A stretch of 39,729 nt of DNA from Seison nebaliae (taxonomy: Eukaryota). The DNA lies in contig JALJEE010000834.1 in NCBI GenBank assembly GCA_023231475.1, positions 1 to 39,729 of the forward strand, written 5' to 3'. Of this stretch, positions 35,686 to 39,729 are shown one piece after another (position 1 is the stretch's first letter; each line of letters opens with the position of its first letter). The notes beneath the pieces were generated by a model. That model did no database searches, had not been told where the DNA came from, and was given only the letters and a program-made list of their open reading frames with translations. The translations under genes were made by a program, and so were the position numbers.

Positions 35686-37240
35686 ACAACAACCGCCAGT
35701 GAATGACAGACGGAATTCATATGGAAATCGATTGAATAATTATTTCTCCTCGCACAATGACGAGCAGGAAACGATCGATACTTTCACTTTGAAAATCGCT
35801 TCTTCCGCTTCCATCATTACGACATCACCATCCCTTTCGTCTTCATCCTCTTCGTCTATTTCGCCTGCATCAATCATCTCTTGTGCTACGACGACGGTGA
35901 ATTTGGTTACAACGACAACTACTAGTACTTCCGCCACCACATATTCGGCAAAGCTTCTTTCTAGTCAAAATCGCCATAGCCATCACAATATTAGTCATCA
36001 AGTGGCAACTCAAGCTCATCATTCGAAGCATCAACCAAAACATCAGAAGTACAAAAACCGAAAACATCAGACATTCAATCTGGACGATCTTCAAAAGGAT
36101 ACTTATTTTTCGGCAGTTCTACATCGAAAGAATGGAGAAACGACAAAATCGAATGATTTATGTAATAATAATCATTTTGACAAAATGTTTGAAGTGGCTG
36201 CATCCTCTACCACTGCCACCACTACCACATCTCATCTCATGAACGGTTCTTCTACCAATTCCAATATCTTGTTGAATTCCATCAAATCCGTAAGTGACGT
36301 AGTTCCGACTCCTCTACCGAAATTCACCGAAGCAACGGCGATATCGAAAAGGAATCGATCGAATTTCGATTTCCTTCTTTCGACCAATGAGAATATCAAT
36401 AATTGTTTCGTGAAAGGAGGAGATATCAAAGTTGATGCATTCGGAGATTCTTATAAAATGGCAATAAATAAGAACAACAATAACAATGTGCCGTTGGGTT
36501 TGAAGAGTAAGAACGAACATAATTATGATACGTTTGGAAATTTGACAGATTTATATTCGTCGAATAATGAGTATAAACCGTTGAACGGTTTCCATCATCA
36601 TGATCAATCGAACCAAAATGGTAATAATAATAATCATCATCATCGAGCTATTGGATCTCGTATGAACTCATTTCATCCATCATCTGGTGCACAACTCAAC
36701 AATAATAACAACAATAGCAATAATACGACACAAAACCATCGTTCTCAAAAGAGTAATTATAATTTGGCATTCTCCCAACATTCATCTCAAACCATTTCAG
36801 ACTATCCATTGAAGAAAGCGATATCGAATGAAACTTATAAAATTCCGTCAATATCGCCACTATCTCCATCAGCGAATGATTCTCCTCCTACGATTCTTTT
36901 AAATCCAATGACATCATCATCTCTCTCTCGATCCAATTCATCCGAATCATCTATTTTCTCGGTTCCCTTTGAAAATGATTTTAATGATGTCCCATCTCCA
37001 ACAAATTTATCGAATCAGTTTAACAACAAAGAGAATCAACTGGACACGAAACTCACATTCTCTGAAGACAACTTTCCATCAAATGATTCCATTCTCAGTT
37101 TATTTAATAATCTTCATTCTAATGCTCCCACTACTATAACATCGTCAACACAACTCAACAACAACAACAATGAAAATGAACAAGAGAAGGCGTCATCATC
37201 GAATTGTATCGACTCGCAGTTAGAAGATGGATCTCTTTAA
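31864..37240 (+). CDS. MACO1: Macoilin (TMEM57/MACO1) homolog, about 1517 aa; exons 31864-31934 (tentative), 32541-32682, 32736-32868, 32925-33036, 33088-33154, 33212-37240
   Basis: The spliced N-terminus gives the macoilin TM signature: LWKYAIIWLFIIVLDSMLEFRLEYIWSLWLF..QG, ASTYIW, LCRLLAAHSLGYSII, KVQEKN. A long coiled coil lies at about 34860-35400. Introns 32683-32735, 32869-32924, 33037-33087 and 33155-33211 all keep the frame. The first exon (MAVSKRIARRRQRT...) joins in phase via a 606-nt intron but is less certain. Confidence 0.9.
32021..32072. repeat. (CTT)n(CTA/TTA)n compound microsatellite inside the putative macoilin first intron
   Basis: ttcttcttc...ctactactattactactattactac read directly. 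Confidence 0.85.
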
Positions 37241-37577
37241 GGAACGAATGATATTCGTCCACGATTAATTCATGTGAATGAAATTGATTATTGTTAAATT
37301 CTAATTCCTTCTCGTCTCCTAATCATTTAGCAAATCTTTGAGAAAAAAAATTGGTAAGGAAATTAATTTTAACTTTCTTTCAAATGGAAATCGAATCAAA
37401 TTTCATCTTTCAATAACAACTCCCATTTGATTCTATTTCCATCAATCTTCTTCATTTTCTTCTTCATCTAATTCTGCTCTCGATGAAAAAGTGATACATA
37501 TTTCAGTTCTTTGATTTCTCAACTCGAACAGAAGTCCGTGGCGATTCCTATCCCGAAGACTCGAGATTCGTTTAAAA

Positions 37578-37604
37578 GAGAGAGAGAGAGAGAGAAAGAG
37601 AAAG
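37578..37604. repeat. (GA)n microsatellite
   Basis: gagagagagagagagaaagagaaag read directly. Confidence 0.8.
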
Positions 37605-38180
37605 TCTATCAACTGTTACTGATTCTCTAAGCACAAACTAAATTAACTCAAGAAAAAAAAATTTATTTTTCTATTTTTAAACATATTCTCTAAAGACGAA
37701 TATCTGATCTCTCCATGCTCATGGGTGTCTAGGTGAATTTGTATGAAAAACTTAGAATGACATTTACCCGAAGATTCTCGTTTTTCTTTGAGATATCTCC
37801 ATCTCTTACTTTTACTTCGTGATTTATTTTCATATTGAATCTTCTCTTCTCTTCTACTGCTCCTTCTTAACATTTTATTCAACAAGCATCCATATGCGGA
37901 CTTATTCATAGAGTCATTTAGAACTTTACATGAACAAAACGAATAAAATTTTAAATAACATCTTCCCCCTTCAACATTCGGTTAATCCATTCATCTATGG
38001 GAAAACTATGTCGGTTCTAACAAATGCTTTCGGTTAAAAACACGCGATTCAGTTATGGCCATTGGAATTTGAACCAATCCTTCTTATTGTACCATGCGAA
38101 CTAGATGCTTAATATGACTCAATAAAACTTACAAGGTAACTGCGACATCAGTTTCAATGGTTTCTATGGTAAGACTAATC

Positions 38181-38725
38181 GAATCTGTGAAAGGAGTTAA
38201 CCTTGCAGCACATTAGCTTGCAGTCAACTCATATACGAAGAAAAGGAACGTAGTTAACTTTTTTTTTAAAGAACGCAGTTAACTCATTTGTAAGAAAAAG
38301 AAATCAAGTCAACCCTTATTTTCCCAATCAGAAAGCAGTCAACCCATTTTGTAAAAAATAAGAATGAAGTTAACCCATTTCGTCTAAAAAAGAATGAAGT
38401 CAATCCACCATTTTCATGAATAAAAAAATTTTAAATTGAAAATTCTTTAAATGCATTCCTTGAACCTTGAACAAATAATAAGACGAAATATTGTTTAATA
38501 TCTAAAAAAATAAAGTTTCGTTTAGTTACATGAAAATGGTGGGTTGACTTCATTCTTTTTTAGACGAAATGGATTGACTACTTTCTGATTGGGAAAATAC
38601 GGGTTGACTTGTTTCCCTTTTGCATACAAATGAGTTAACTGAGTTCTTTAAAAAAAGTTAACTACCTTCCTTTTCTTCGTATATGGGTTGAATGCAAGCT
38701 AAAGGTTAACTCCTTTCTGGAAGTC
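38181..38725. mobile_element. Non-autonomous foldback/MITE DNA transposon with long modular inverted arms
   Basis: Left arm 38189-38418 and right arm 38529-38717 are reverse complements (GAAAGGAGTTAACCTT...TTTTCATG versus CATGAAAA...AAGGTTAACTCCTTTC) around a 110-bp spacer. Flanking direct repeat GACTAATC(G) at 38173-38180 and 38726-38733. No coding capacity. Confidence 0.9.
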
Positions 38726-39383
38726 GACTAATCGGAATTTAAATTTTCCTAATTTTCGTATGATAACGATTTATCTACCCAAAGTTATTGCGTTCTAACG
38801 GATTTATGGTTTAATAGAGAAATTCCCGACTTCAATAAAATTTATGCTCTGGCAGAAAATGTTTTCCCTTTCAAATTTTCATAGTTGATAAAATTAATTG
38901 GCTCTCCATTTCAGTAATAAGTATTCCGATGCTCGAAAATCGTGTTGGATGCATTTTGAATTTCTTGGTTGTCAAATGAATAATCGTAAAAAAAAACATG
39001 AAAGATTATGGGGAGAATTGGTGGTAAATCCATAGGAGGGGAACTTTTCATTCCTTGAATGGGAACCATTCTCGATCCTTTGTTAGATTACATGTTAGGA
39101 TTAACATCGAAATCTAAGTAGGCAATGGATAGGATATAACATAATTCTTCTCTCATATAGAAATCTTCGCCGAACTAAAAATTCTCAAATATTCAACATC
39201 ATCAACTCATATCGATTTGGACTTATCACTATTCTGTTCAACTGATAGTTCAAATTCACTATAACAATCTTCTTTTGGGATGTCGAGGAGTGAAGAACAT
39301 CCCCAATTATGGAGTTCACATCGTCCTAATTATCATTGAATTATATTATTATTTTTCTTTCTCTTTTTTTTCTTTTTTTTGAC

Positions 39384-39729
39384 ATGTCAATTATTAAAAA
39401 TAATAATCACAGCGAAGAAGAGAAAGTGGATGATCTCGACCGGGATTCACCAGGAGAGAACCACACTCAAGCAATGCTCGACGCCCTCAATACTTTGACA
39501 GGCGCCGGGCAAATTCCAACGACAAATAAAAAAACGAGCAGGAAACGTGTAAGGTCGCGCTCGACGATCCCAAGACGAAATGGCCGCAACAACACTCCTG
39601 GTTCGAAGAGAACAAATGTGGAGATAATTGGGTCCCCGGGCAGACCGATCTTAGGTGATAATCCACCCGAACAACCACCCAAATAATCGAAACGAACATC
39701 CAACGAACAAATTATGGCAAAACTACAGA
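39384..39729 (+). pseudogene. Possible disrupted ORF or transposon ORF fragment running off the window end
   Basis: Less AT-rich, hydrophilic ORF (MSIIKNNNHSEEEKVDDLDRDSPGEN...EQPPK). The same frame stays open after TAA at 39684-39686 (SKRTSNEQIMAKLQ) to the window edge. No family recognised. Confidence 0.35.

Noticed and set aside
1628..36520. Numerous antisense or alternate-frame ORFs overlapping WAVE, RING, Elovl, DEGS, TBC1D15, ADAM10 and macoilin
   Set aside because: Shadow ORFs of real genes and triplet repeats, with no independent motifs.
38189..38717. Regularly spaced ~30-bp repeats suggestive of a CRISPR array
   Set aside because: The units are short degenerate cores arranged as mirror-image arms in a eukaryotic context, with no cas genes.
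17340..39320. Stop-codon reassignment as an explanation for stop-interrupted coding-like tracts
   Set aside because: Conserved genes here end at TAA, TAG and TGA and have no internal stops, so the code is standard.

Overview
AT-rich, gene-dense eukaryotic DNA from an invertebrate animal with a compact genome. The tiny introns and unusual donor usage suggest a rotifer-related (syndermatan) lineage, but that is inference only. It uses the standard genetic code; no prokaryotic features, CRISPR arrays or RNA genes were recognised. Genes reconstructed by hand, with introns checked for frame: WAVE/SCAR (+), a divergent PDGF/VEGF-family ligand (+, 3 exons), an RNF114/166-like RING-zinc-finger protein (-), an orphan putatively myristoylated protein (+), Elovl2/5-type elongase (-), a claudin/PMP22-like tetraspan (-, 2 exons), sphingolipid delta-4 desaturase DEGS (+, 3 exons), TBC1D15/17 Rab-GAP (-), ADAM10/kuzbanian (-, 3 exons), a 44-aa PIGBOS1-like microprotein missed by the ORF track (-), and a very large macoilin (+, 6 exons, about 1517 aa). 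A 545-bp foldback/MITE element with internal ~30-bp subrepeats and a target-site duplication lies near the right end. The main observations are: (1) the hidden PIGBOS1 microprotein; (2) a strongly non-standard 5' splice-site usage (GTT in 11-12 of 13 inferred introns, none GTA, +5G often absent); (3) splice-acceptor-like CAG exactly 4 nt before three start codons; (4) the foldback element.
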